Part shown: positions 1 through 10,095 of the stretch, one piece after another
How positions within the stretch are numbered: position 1 is the first letter of the stretch
Layout: every line of letters starts with the position of its first letter
NCBI GenBank assembly: GCA_963770835.1
Contig: CAVYRH010000004.1
Coordinates: 1-64,000 of the forward strand
Origin: an uncultured Pseudomonadota bacterium
GTDB lineage: Bacteria; Oederibacteriota; Muellerivitia; Muellerivitales; Muellerivitaceae
DNA: 64,000 nt
Direction: 5' to 3'
Notes under the pieces: generated by a model
Databases searched by the model: none
What the model saw: the letters and a program-made list of their open reading frames with translations, nothing else
What the model was told of the DNA's origin: nothing
Translations under genes and position numbers: made by a program

Positions 1-691
1 GCCGAGGGACCCGGCGGTGTCAAAGTAAGACGCACTCAAGGCGTAATTGCCCTGGGGACCGCCGCCTTGCGCTAAAGCCGCCTCACGGACCGTCCCGTAG
101 AGCGCCCTCGAATAGGGCTGACCCACCCGTGGGCCCTGCGCCTTCCTGGGTGACGATATCGACCACCCCGGCCATGGCGTTAGACCCGTAAAGCACCCTT
201 TCGGGGGCCCCTTACAACCTCGATCTGCTGCACGCCGCCCAGGGTCAGCTCATCCAGGTAGTCGTAGGACCGGGCGGTCGCGATGGGGTCGTCAAGGGGA
301 TGCCGTCCATGAGCACGAGGGTATCCGCGTCATTCCCTCCCCGCGTGTAAATGTAAGTGATTTCACCTGGCCCGCCCGACTGGACCACGTCCAATCCCGG
401 AACCCTTGGAGGGCCTCCATCACCGTGCCAGCTTGTTTTTGCTCGATATCTTTGGCCGTCAAAACGGTCATGGAATCGGTCACCTGGGAAGCCGGCGTGT
501 CCAGGCGGCTGGCGGTAACCACCATTTCCCGCATCGGCGGCAAGGACTGGGCGGGCAAGGTATTGGCGGAAGATTCAACCGTAAGGGTGTTCGCGGCGGG
601 TTACAACAAGAGGCGGATCCGCCCACAACAAGGCTGGAAAAAACAAGGAAACCAAAGGCAAAACACGGCAAGACATTAAAAAATATTTCAT
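1..691 (-). CDS. btuB: TonB-dependent receptor, BtuB-like (N-terminal part, runs off the window edge; several apparent frameshifts)
   Basis: Signal peptide MKYFLMSCRVLPLVSLFFPALLWA, then plug-domain motifs spread over different frames: EMVVTASRLDTP, VPGLDVVQSGGPG, TLVLMDGIPL, IEVVRGP, LYGSNAMAGVV. Lies directly downstream of a cobalamin riboswitch. Confidence 0.8.
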
Positions 692-797
692 GGCCCACTC
701 CCCGAGGCCGAAAGCTTCAATGGGGAGGGGGCAGAGGGACTTCCGTTGGAAGGACTCTCCGCTTCTTATTCCCGAAGAAGCATTCGAAGATTTCTCA

Positions 798-945
798 AGG
801 CCGGTCTCCTGACTCGGGGCACTCACCTTCCGGGCCTTCCCATCTTTTGGACAGTGGTTCCCGGAAAAAACGTCGCCCCTCACAGTGGCGGGTCCGTGCC
901 GGATTTACACCGGCTTCCCGAGCACCCTGAGTTGTGATGGTTAAA
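798..945 (-). ncRNA. Cobalamin (B12) riboswitch upstream of btuB
   Basis: Minus strand reads GGGAAGCCGGTGTAAATCCGGCACGGACCCGCCACTGT...CCACTG...GGGAAGG...AGTCAGGAGACCGGCC, which contains the conserved core and the B12 box. Confidence 0.93.
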
Positions 946-995
946 TACTCCTGTCGGCGGGACTTGTCAACGGCAAAGAATTCCGAAAAACCTTT

Positions 996-1903
996 TCAAT
1001 TTTTTTGCGCCCGGGCGTCGCGGAATATCCCTGAAAGAAATTCGCCCAGGCCCACCATGCTGGGACCGGGGATCAGATACTCATCCTTATTGAAACAATA
1101 GACCCGGTGGTTCTTCACCGCTTTTAGGGAGGGCAGGCCGTCCCACACGGCGGCTTCCCGGACCACCTCATCCGGTTTACATGGGCCGGGGGAAAGGCGT
1201 TCACGATGACGTCCGGGTCGCTTTTCAAGAGTTGCTCTTTCGAAACCAACGGATAGGATACGGGCGAATCGGAAAGGATGTTCACCCCGCCCGTCCAGCG
1301 GATGAGGGCATCCACGAAGTTATGGGGCCCCACGCCGTAAATCTGGTCCAGGGCGCCGGGAGTCCGGTCGATGACGAAAAGCACGGAGACGGGCCTTCCT
1401 TGGGTTGGCTCAGCGCGTATCTTGGCAAGCCTCGCCGCCAGCTTTTCCTTGGCCTTTTTCGCGGCGGCCTCCCGCCCCAGGGCTTTCCCCAATGTGTCAT
1501 AGGCAGCCAAAACATCCTCCACCGTCTGGCAATCCTGGACCAAAACGGGAACCTTCAACTTTTCAAGGTTGTCCACGGCCTTGCCGTGAAATTTGAGGGC
1601 TAGCACCAGGTCAGGTTTTAGCGAAAGGATTTTTTCGTAGTTGGGATTGATCCAGCCGCCGATTTTTTCTTTCTTCTGCGCCTCCGGCGGGAACTTGCAG
1701 AAATCGGTGACACCCACCAAAAGGTCCTGGGCGCCGATATCGTAGACGATCTCAGTCAGGTTCGGCGCCATGGAGATGACGCGTTTCGGTGGCGTTTGCG
1801 CGAAAAGGGAAGTGGCCACCCAAAGCAGTAGGATTAATAGAATTAAAAAGAACCTTGCCCGGTTCAATTTAAAGTTAGGTGCTCGAAATCCAGCGTTTAT
1901 CAC
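996..1903 (-). CDS. btuF: Cobalamin ABC transporter periplasmic binding protein (BtuF-like); frameshift near 1150
   Basis: Signal peptide, then RVISMAPNLTEIVY, VGVTDFCKFP and PNYEKILSLKPDLV. The C-terminus (KAVKNHRVY...IPGPSMV...) continues in another frame to TGA at 996. Confidence 0.8.
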
Positions 1904-1960
1904 TGACCTGTTCCCCGGCGTCTTGTTTTAAGGAGGCCGCCTTAGTGTACAATCCAAACT

Positions 1961-2155
1961 ATGTCCCAGCAAAACAAACCCGAAACCAAGACCTGCGGCC
2001 GCTGTGGAAAAACTTTCGATTGCTTCGCCCGCACCGGCGGGTGCTGGTGTGAAAAGCTGCCGCCCCTTTCCAAGGCGGTGGCGGGCCACGACTGCCTCTG
2101 CCCCCAATGCCTGGAAAAAGAAATCCAGGCTCAACAAGCCGCCCGAAAACCCTAG
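1961..2155 (+). CDS. Cysteine-rich CWC family protein
   Basis: CGRCGKTFDC...CWC...CLCPQCL pattern in a 64-aa ORF. Confidence 0.85.
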   Translation: MSQQNKPETKTCGRCGKTFDCFARTGGCWCEKLPPLSKAVAGHDCLCPQCLEKEIQAQQAARKP

Positions 2156-2164
2156 GAAACCAAC

Positions 2165-3088
2165 TTGTCTTCCGAACTTCGAATCGCTTCTTTCCTTCCC
2201 TCGGCCACTGAGATGGTCTGCGCCTTGGGCCTGGCCGACCAATTGGTGGGCGTCTCCCACGAGTGCGACTATCCACCCGAAGTAAAAGGCAAACCCGTCG
2301 TGGTGCGATGCGCTATGGACTTGGCATCCTTCAACCTGGACCAGATCGACAAGGCCGTCAGCGAAAGGGTGGGCCAAGGCGGGAGCGTTTACGCGGTGGA
2401 TGAAAAGGCCATCCGGGCCGCCTCCCCCAACCTCATCCTCACCCAGGACCTCTGCCAAGTCTGCGCCCCCTCGGGCAACGAAGCAACCCAGATGCTAAAT
2501 TCCTTATTCCCTAAACCTGAAATCCTTTGGCAGACACCCCATTCCTTCGAGGACGTCTTGGTATGCCTCCTGGCCTTGGGTGAGAAGACGGGAACCCGTG
2601 AAAAAGCCGAACAACTGGTGAAGGAAGCCCGTCTGCGGATCGAAAAGGTTAAAACCGCCACGAAGAGGCTTCCCAAAGTGAAGGCTTTTTTCATGGAATG
2701 GGTGGACCCTATTTACTGCGGCGGCCATTGGGTGCCCGCGATGATCGAATGGGCGGGCGGAGCGGACGAAATTTCCAAGCCCAACGTGGATTCGGTGAGG
2801 ATTCCCTGGGAAGAAGTTGTCTGCTTCAACCCGGAGATTCTTATCGTCGCCCCCTGCGGCTTTGGAGCCCAGGACGCCTTAAAACAAGCCGAACAGTTGA
2901 AATCGAGGCCCGGTTGGAAAAGCCTGACGGCTGTTCGACAGGGAAGGGTCTTCGCCGTGGACGCCAATTCCTATTTCGCCCGCCCGGGCTTGAGGCTTGT
3001 GGACGGCGTGGAAATCCTGGCCCACTTGATCCACCCGGAACTTTTTAAATGGAACAGCCCCGCTGAAGCTTTCTTCCAGGTATCGTAA
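2165..3088 (+). CDS. Cobalamin/Fe-chelate binding protein (helical-backbone family) without a signal peptide
   Basis: RIASFLPSATEMVCALG, VGVSHECDYP, LILTQDLCQVCA and VDANSYFARPGLRLVDGVE motifs; TTG start. Confidence 0.85.
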   Translation: MSSELRIASFLPSATEMVCALGLADQLVGVSHECDYPPEVKGKPVVVRCAMDLASFNLDQIDKAVSERVGQGGSVYAVDEKAIRAASPNLILTQDLCQVCAPSGNEATQMLNSLFPKPEILWQTPHSFEDVLVCLLALGEKTGTREKAEQLVKEARLRIEKVKTATKRLPKVKAFFMEWVDPIYCGGHWVPAMIEWAGGADEISKPNVDSVRIPWEEVVCFNPEILIVAPCGFGAQDALKQAEQLKSRPGWKSLTAVRQGRVFAVDANSYFARPGLRLVDGVEILAHLIHPELFKWNSPAEAFFQVS

Positions 3089-3097
3089 GATACCAAC

Positions 3098-3730
3098 ATG
3101 GATACCGCTCAGAAGCCACCCACTCTTTATACCGTCGGCCATTCCAACCATACCTTCGAGGAATTCCTCATGCTCCTACGGGTCCACGGCATCGGGCGCA
3201 TCGTGGACGTGCGCACGGTGCCCAAATCCCGCCGGGTTCCCTGGTTCAACAAGGAAGAGCTTGCGCCGGCCCTCAACAAGGCCAATATCCGCTACGCCCA
3301 TCTTCCCGAACTGGGTGGATTAAGGCACTCCAAGAAAGACTCTCTCAACCTCGGCTGGAAAAATGAAAGCTTTCGGGGTTTCGCCGATTACCTGGCCACC
3401 GGGGAATTTGAAAAGGGTTTGGAAAAACTAAATGAAATGCTGCCGACCTTGAAGACCGCCGTCATGTGCGCCGAGGCCGTGCCCTGGCGTTGCCACCGCG
3501 CCCTCATCTCCGACGCCGAAACCGCTCGGGGTATTCCCGTGGTGCACCTCATGTCACTCACATCCAAAAAGCCCCACGAAATGACGGCCTTTGCCGTGGT
3601 GGACAAAGGATTAAATCCACCCCGGATCACTTACCCCGCGCCGAAGGAAGAAAAAACCCAACCCGACCTGCCCACCATGGCCCCGGCTTCGCCCAAGAAA
3701 AAACACCCGAAGAAGCCGAAGACCCGGTAA
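3098..3730 (+). CDS. DUF488 family protein
   Basis: LYTVGHSN, IVDVRTVPKSR, ELGGLR and MCAEAVPWRCHR motifs. Confidence 0.88.
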   Translation: MDTAQKPPTLYTVGHSNHTFEEFLMLLRVHGIGRIVDVRTVPKSRRVPWFNKEELAPALNKANIRYAHLPELGGLRHSKKDSLNLGWKNESFRGFADYLATGEFEKGLEKLNEMLPTLKTAVMCAEAVPWRCHRALISDAETARGIPVVHLMSLTSKKPHEMTAFAVVDKGLNPPRITYPAPKEEKTQPDLPTMAPASPKKKHPKKPKTR

Positions 3731-3733
3731 ATC

Positions 3734-4405
3734 CTATTCGGTTTCTTCTTCCATCTCTCGGCAACCCCACCGGTCATGGTAGACCAAATCCGTAAAAGGA
3801 ACCTTCGGCAGCCATCCCGCAGTCTTCAGCTCCGGCTCGGGCGCAAAAGTATCCGTATAGCCCACGCAAAGATAGGCGATGGGCACCACACCTTCCGGCA
3901 ACTCCATCAGGGCCGCCAGTTCTTCCGGGCGGATAATGCTCACCCAGCCAACACCCACCCCCTCGCAGCGCGCGGCTAACCAGAGGTTTTGTACGGCGCA
4001 GACCGCGCTATAGAGGTCCATGTCCGGCTGGCTGGTGCGGCCCAGGACGACGGGCCCGAAACGGTTGCGGTCGCAGGTGACGCAGATGTTTAAAGCCGAC
4101 TCCAAGATGCCCTCTAACTTCAGGGAGGCGTATTTCTCGCCGCGTTCACCGGGAAACATTTTCTTGGCTTCCTCATTCGCCCGTTGGAAGGCCTCGTGTA
4201 CCTTGTGCCGGACGGCTTTATTTTTCACCAAGATAAAATTCCAGGGCTGGCTGTAACCCACGGAAGGGGCCTGCATGGCGGCGGTCAAAATCCGCCCTAG
4301 GACGGGTTCGGGTAAGGGATCGGATTTGAAACGCCGCACGTCCCGGCGTTCCCGGATGACGCGGTAAACCACATCCCGTTCTTTCTCGTTGAAACCGTCT
4401 TTCAC
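3734..4405 (-). CDS. bluB: 5,6-dimethylbenzimidazole synthase (BluB, nitroreductase fold)
   Basis: RRDVRRF, APSVGYSQPWNF, LKLEGILE, GPVVLGRT and DLYSAVCAVQNLWLAARCEGVGVGWVS motifs; sits in a B12 locus. Confidence 0.9.
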   Translation of the reverse strand: MKDGFNEKERDVVYRVIRERRDVRRFKSDPLPEPVLGRILTAAMQAPSVGYSQPWNFILVKNKAVRHKVHEAFQRANEEAKKMFPGERGEKYASLKLEGILESALNICVTCDRNRFGPVVLGRTSQPDMDLYSAVCAVQNLWLAARCEGVGVGWVSIIRPEELAALMELPEGVVPIAYLCVGYTDTFAPEPELKTAGWLPKVPFTDLVYHDRWGCREMEEETE

Positions 4406-4546
4406 GCCAACCCTCCTAATAAAGACATCCCGTAAAAATCATCTCACCCTCAAGGCATTAAGAAAAACGAAAAGTCTTAAAAAGAATTAAGTGTTTTGTC
4501 TAACCCTTTTTTGTGATCGGGGTTTCCTTTATGGTTCAAGTTTCTT

Positions 4547-5560
4547 TTAAGCCGCCAGGTAGGTCCTGCGATGAAACAACAGCCACAACAACACCGGTAC
4601 CCCCAAAAGGGCGGTTAAAACTCCCACAGGCACTTCCGTGGGGCCAAAGAAGGACCGGGCCACCGTGTCGCAAACCATGAGGAAAGCCCCCCCGCCCAAG
4701 GTGCTGCAGGGCAAAAGGAAGCGGTGGTCGTTTCCGATCCAAAGCCGGTAGATATGGGGAATGATGAGCCCCACAAAGGCGATGGGGCCGGTCAAGGCCA
4801 CCACCGCGCTGGTCATGAGTGACGCCACCACGATGCAAACCACGATCACCCGCGAAGTGGGAACACCCTTCACCTGGGCCAGTTCCTCCCCCGCCGAAAG
4901 CAGGTTGAGTTCCCGGGCGAAGGCCAGGAGCACCAGGAACCCGGTTGTAATCCCTACAGCCAGCCTCCCCACGGAGGCCCACTCCACCACGTCCAGGCTT
5001 CCGATCATCCAATGGATCATGGCGTAGGCTTGGGTGAAATCCGCAACGTAATAAGCCAAAAGCACCAGGGCATTGAAAAAATAGTTGATGGCGACCCCGG
5101 CCAAAAGGAGCGTCAGCGCGGAAAAGGACCGGAGCATAGAAGCTAATGAATAAACCAGGAAAAGGGAAAGCAGGGCGCCCAGGAAAGCGAAAAGGGTGAC
5201 CAGTGAAAACCCGTGGGTCAAGGACGTCAATCCCAAAAGGATGGCCACCACCGCGCCGAAGGAACTGCCGCCCGCCACTCCCAAGGTGAAGGGGCAGGCC
5301 AGTGGATTGCGGAGCACCGCCTGGAAGATGATCCCCGCGCAGGCCATAGCGGCCCCGGCCAGGGCGGCCAGGAGGTTTCGGGGAAGCCGCACGGAAAAAA
5401 AGATTTGGGCGTCCTGGTTTCCGGGGGAAGGGGGCCAGGATTGGAACACCTTGACCCAGGAAACCGTGGTCGGCCCAACCAAGGGACAGCCGAAAAGCAC
5501 CAAGCCGAACAAGACCAGGGTGCAAAAGAGAACGAAGGTTTTGGTGGAAGTGCGGTTCAT
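4547..5560 (-). CDS. btuC: FecCD/BtuC family ABC transporter permease
   Basis: VRLPR, FQAVLRNPLACPFTLGV, ELNLLSAGEELA and GPIAFVGLIIPH motifs; polytopic membrane protein. Confidence 0.88.
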   Translation of the reverse strand: MNRTSTKTFVLFCTLVLFGLVLFGCPLVGPTTVSWVKVFQSWPPSPGNQDAQIFFSVRLPRNLLAALAGAAMACAGIIFQAVLRNPLACPFTLGVAGGSSFGAVVAILLGLTSLTHGFSLVTLFAFLGALLSLFLVYSLASMLRSFSALTLLLAGVAINYFFNALVLLAYYVADFTQAYAMIHWMIGSLDVVEWASVGRLAVGITTGFLVLLAFARELNLLSAGEELAQVKGVPTSRVIVVCIVVASLMTSAVVALTGPIAFVGLIIPHIYRLWIGNDHRFLLPCSTLGGGAFLMVCDTVARSFFGPTEVPVGVLTALLGVPVLLWLLFHRRTYLAA

Positions 5561-5581
5561 TGAAAAAAACCTTTGTTAATT

Positions 5582-5726
5582 GTCATTGCGAGGAGTGGCC
5601 CACGAATAGCGGGCCGATGACGACGAAGCAACCTCAGTTTAAAAAATTCTTTAGAAACGGCATATTTCAACTGGGGTTGCTTCGTCATAACCGCCCGCCT
5701 AACCGGCGGGCATTCCTCGCAATGAC
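5582..5726. repeat. Palindromic repeat element (GTCATTGCGAGGA...TCCTCGCAATGAC type) overlapping the 3' end of btuD
   Basis: 13-bp terminal inverted repeats at 5582-5594 and 5714-5726, plus an inner inverted pair GACGAAGCAACC / GGTTGCTTCGTC. Confidence 0.75.
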
Positions 5727-6512
5727 CGCGTTTTTCCTTTTTGGTACAAAATACGGAAAATCACCTTTATGGATTAGTTGATCCACTTCCACATCCAAGA
5801 CCGCCTGGATGTTCCGGGGCGTTAACACTTTCTTGGGAGTGCCGTCGGCGAAGATCTTCCCGCCTTTCATGAGGACCAACCGTTCCAGGAACCGCCCCGC
5901 CAAGTTCAGTTCATGGGTGGCAACGATGACGGTCAACCCCTCTTCCCGGTGGAGCTTTTGGACGATCTCGAAGAGCAATATTTGATGGGAAAGGTCCAGG
6001 GACAGCGTGGGTTCGTCCAATAGAAGCACTTGGGGCGTCTGGGCCAGGGCGGAGGCCAAAAGCACCCGCTGGCGCTCGCCGCCGGAGAGCTCGTCGTAGG
6101 ACCGGTCCTTGAATTCCAAGGCGTCGCAAAGCGAAAGCGCCCTTTCGCAAACCTCCCGGTCCTTGGCTCCCAAGGGTTTCAAGCGCCCTACGTAGGGGTG
6201 ACGGCCCATCTCCACAATCTCCATGACGCTTAACGGGAAAGTAAAGTGAAGGCCCTGGGGAACATAGGCGATCTTGCGGGCCCTTTCCCGCACCGGCAGG
6301 TCCTTCAGGGGCCGCCCCTCGAAAATCACGCGGCCTTGCTGGGGCTTGACCAGCCCCACCATGAGCTTTAAGAGCGTGGACTTGCCCGCGCCATTGGGGC
6401 CCAATAAGCCGACTAAGTTTCCTTGGCCGATGGTGAGGTTCGTCGGTTGCAGTTCGAAATGAGAATAGGAGGGATAACGGAAGGATAAATTTTGAATTTC
6501 AAAAAGAAGCAT
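5685..6512 (-). CDS. btuD: Iron/cobalamin ABC transporter ATP-binding protein
   Basis: Walker A GPNGAGKST, signature LSGGERQRV and Walker B LLLDEP. Likely start is the ATG at 6512 after GAGGG. Confidence 0.88.
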   Translation of the reverse strand: MLLFEIQNLSFRYPSYSHFELQPTNLTIGQGNLVGLLGPNGAGKSTLLKLMVGLVKPQQGRVIFEGRPLKDLPVRERARKIAYVPQGLHFTFPLSVMEIVEMGRHPYVGRLKPLGAKDREVCERALSLCDALEFKDRSYDELSGGERQRVLLASALAQTPQVLLLDEPTLSLDLSHQILLFEIVQKLHREEGLTVIVATHELNLAGRFLERLVLMKGGKIFADGTPKKVLTPRNIQAVLDVEVDQLIHKGDFPYFVPKRKNAVIARNARRLGGRL

Positions 6513-6655
6513 ACCCTCATTTCCATTTCTAAAATCAGGCGAAGCCCGATGGGGTGATGAGGGTAATACAGTTTTCAATGCTGGGGCCTTCGGCCCCATT
6601 TCGATGGATAAACTGCATAAAGCCCTTGTCCCCGAGGCTTGCTTTTTTCAATCCG

Positions 6656-6805
6656 AGGCCGGTTTCCTGGCTTAGGGCTTGCAATCCCCGGCCTTCCCAT
6701 CTTTTGGACAGTGGCCTTTGGGGAAAAAACGTCGCCCATCACAGTGGCGGGTCCGCAGCGGTTTTGCACCGATTTCCCGAACACCTTGGATCGATGGGGC
6801 TATTT
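6656..6805 (-). ncRNA. Cobalamin (B12) riboswitch upstream of btuD-btuC-bluB
   Basis: Minus strand reads GGGAAATCGGTGCAAAACCGCTGCGGACCCGCCACTGT...GCCACTG...GGGAAGG...AGCCAGGAAACCGGCC. Confidence 0.92.
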
Positions 6806-6971
6806 AAGAGCCTCTCGCCAGAGGTGTCAACGGAGTTTGGGGAATTTGTGAGCTGTCTCATAAAAGTTAGGAAATGCCGTCCCTACAATACCGCTCATTA
6901 AAATAATCGGACCCTTGAAACATCCCGAAGCAAAGGTTTAGGCTGGCACGCCGCTTGAACAAGGAGATGGC

Positions 6972-8314
6972 ATGGACGCTTTAATGCTCGCCCGGGCGCA
7001 GTTCGGCTTCACCATCGCCTTCCATTACATCTTCCCTCCTTTGAGCATCGGCCTGGGCCTCATCCTGGTCCTCATGGAAGGCCTTTACCTTTTCACCCGC
7101 AAAACCCTTTACCTGGAAATGGCCCGCTTCTGGACCCGCATCTTCGGGCTTATCTTCGCCATGGGCGTGGCCACCGGCATCGTGATGGAATTCGAGTTCG
7201 GCACCAACTGGTCTACCTATTCCCGCTTTGTGGGCGACATCTTTGGGAGCGCCCTGGCCGCCGAGGGCATCTTCGCCTTCTTCCTGGAGTCGGGTTTCTT
7301 GGCCCTCCTTCTTTTCGGATGGGACCGCATTAGCGCCCGGACTGCATTTCTTTTCCACTCTCATGGTCTGCCTAGGGGCCCATTTCAGCGCGGTATGGAT
7401 CGTGGTGGCCAATTCCTGGCAGCAGACGCCCGCCGGCTACCATTTGGTCGGCACGCCTACCGGTGGGGTAAGGGCCGAGGTCACGAGTTTCTGGGAAGCG
7501 GTGCTGAACCCCTCGACCTTGACCCGCCTCTGGCACGTTTACATGGGCGCCTGGCAGGCCGGGGCCTTCGCGGTTTTAAGCGTCAGCGCCTACTACCTGC
7601 TTAAGAAAAAGAACCGGAATTTCGCCCTAGCTTCCCTCAAGATCGCGCTGGTGGTGGCAGCCACGGCTTCGCTCCTGCAGCTGTTTTCAGGCCACGAAAG
7701 CGCCGAGGTGGTCAGCGTCACCCAGCCCGCCAAGCTGGCGGCTTACGAAGGCCATTACCAAACGGCCCCTGCGGGCCTTTATATCCTCGGCTGGGTGGAT
7801 GAGAAAAACCAGCAAACCAGCGGCGTCGCCATACCCGGCCTCTTGAGCTGGCTGGTGACAGGCAAAACCGACGCGCCCGTCACGGGCCTGGACGCCTTCA
7901 CCCCCGATAAGCGGCCCCCGGTGAATTTCGTCTTCCAGACTTACCACGCCATGGTGGCCATCGGCATGGCCCTGATCGCCATCGCCTGGGGAGGGATCTT
8001 TCTTTGGTGGCGGGGAAGGCTTTTTGAAACCCGCTGGTTCCTGACGATTCTTGGTCTGGTCGGTGCTCCTGCCCCAAGCCGCCAACCAGCTGGGTTGGTT
8101 TTCCGCCGAGGTGGGGCGCCAGCCCTACATCGTCTATAACCTGATGAAAACTTCGGACGCCCTTTCCAAAACCGTGAACCCCGGTGAAATCCTGACCTCC
8201 CTCATCCTTTTCGCTTTCATCTACTTTTTACTTTTCATCCTTTTCATTTATCTCTTCAACGATAAAATCCAGCATGGGCTCCAGATGAAAGTGGAGGAGG
8301 GACACCGCGCATGA
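6972..8314 (+). CDS. cydA: Cytochrome bd ubiquinol oxidase subunit I (two apparent frameshifts)
   Basis: [43 protein letters not shown] and [12 protein letters not shown], split over ORFs 6972, 7228 and 8051. Confidence 0.92.
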
Positions 8315-9335
8315 ATACCGGATTGGCAGACCCTTTGGTTCATCCTGGTCGGAGTCCTTTTTTCCGGTTACGCCATCTTGGACGGCTTCGACCTGGGGGT
8401 GGGGGCCCTCCATCTTTTCGTAAAGACGGACAAGGAACGCCGGGTCTTCCTCAATTCCATCGGGCCCATTTGGGATGGGAACGAGGTTTGGCTGGTCACA
8501 GGCGGCGGCGCTCTCTTCGCGGCCTTCCCGGAAGTCTATGCCACCGTCTTTTCCGGATTCTACCTGGCCTTCATGCTGCTGCTGGTGGCGCTTATTTTCC
8601 GCGCGGTGGCCATCGAGTTTCGGAGCAAACAGCCGATGAAATGGTGGCGGAATTTTTGGGATGCGAGCTTCTCCGTCAGCAGCATCGTCTCCTCGTTTTT
8701 GATCGGCGTGGCCTTGGGCAATATCGCCTGGGGAATTCCCCTGGGCGCGGACCATGAATATGCCGGTAATTTCTTGGGACTGTTGAAACCTTATCCTCTT
8801 TTTTTAGGCGTAACGACCTTGGCTCTCTTCATGATGCACGGTTCCATTTACATCGTCTTAAAGACCGAGGGCCCCTTCCAGAAGAAACTGAAAGGATGGG
8901 TGAAGAACACCATGATCTTTTTCATTCTTTGTTACGTCTTCACCACCCTGGCCACCCTTCTTTATCGTGCCGCACATGCTCGAGACCATCAGGCAATATC
9001 CCCTCCTGTTCGTCGTGCCGGCCTTGAGTGTCCTTTCCATCGCCAACATCCCGCGCAATGTCAGCCAGGGCCACGGTTTCGGCGCTTTCCTTTCTTCCTG
9101 CGCGGCGCTCCTGACCCTCATGGCCCTCTTCGGCATCGGCATGTATCCGGCTTTGGTTTATTCCAATCCCTCGCCCGAGAACAGCCTGACCATCTATCAA
9201 CGCGGCGTCCTCCCTGAAGACCCTCAAGATCATGACCTTGATTGCCGCCATCGGCATGCCCCTGGTGCTTTCCTACACCGCCAGCATCTATTGGATCTTC
9301 CGCGGCAAAGTGAAATGGACGCGCACAGTTATTGA
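8311..9335 (+). CDS. cydB: Cytochrome bd ubiquinol oxidase subunit II (several apparent frameshifts)
   Basis: [33 protein letters not shown] and a C-terminal [12 protein letters not shown] overlap with cydA. Confidence 0.92.
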
Positions 9336-9359
9336 AATGGACTTTTCGAGAAGATTATT

Positions 9360-10095
9360 TAAAAAAGTTTTTCACGTCTAAAAATTTGATTGTCCGGGGA
9401 TCCACCGTTTCTTTTTGTCAAGGGTTTCCGAATGATATTAAAAAATTTTATCTTGTGAAACGTGAACAAAATATTTTTGTGAAGAAATGATTTCAAAAAA
9501 AATTTGATGACTGATAAAAAATCTGAAACAAAAAGATTTCGCAACGAAAATATTTTTCGCTTCCACGCCAAAATTTTCTTGACTTAAAGTAAAAAAGATT
9601 TAAAAGAGGTAGAGCAAGTTAACTTTTTGAAAACTTAAACTACTCCCTAAAATTTTTTCGTGATCGACGGGTTTTCCGATAAACGAAAAAATTTTTTTCG
9701 TCTCTAGGACAAATTTTAAAAGTGAGTTTTGTGGATTCATGTGGATATGTTGTGAACGGTGTGCTGCATGAAGCTCTAAAAGTACTGAAATTGAAAAGAC
9801 TTTTGCCCACGGGTAAGGCGTTCCCCGTTTTGAGATGGTAATAAAGGTGACGTAAGCGGGAAGGTTGATTTTCCCCTAGATTTTACGGTGCTTTTGAGGT
9901 TAAATGAGGCCTTAGCAAGTTATCCACAAAGCTATGCACAGGTGTGAATAACTGGTCGGTGTCATTCCTGAGAAGATGACTGTAAAAAGAATGCATAATT
10001 CCCTGGGGATAAACAGGGGATAATTTTAAACCGAGCTGCAATTTACCCTTATTTTTATGGGTTTTCACGCGTTTTTTATCATTGGAGGTTTGTGG
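9360..10095. other. oriC, part upstream of dnaA (AT-rich, DnaA boxes)
   Basis: Very AT-rich, non-coding. Perfect DnaA box TTATCCACA at 9920-9928, near-boxes CTATGCACA at 9932 and TGTGAATAA at 9943, further TGTGGAT and GGGGATAA variants. Confidence 0.75.

Noticed and set aside
6944..6959. Sigma-54-like TGGCACGCCGCTTGA upstream of cydA
   Set aside because: The -12 element is GA rather than GC, and the implied start site would fall downstream of the RBS.
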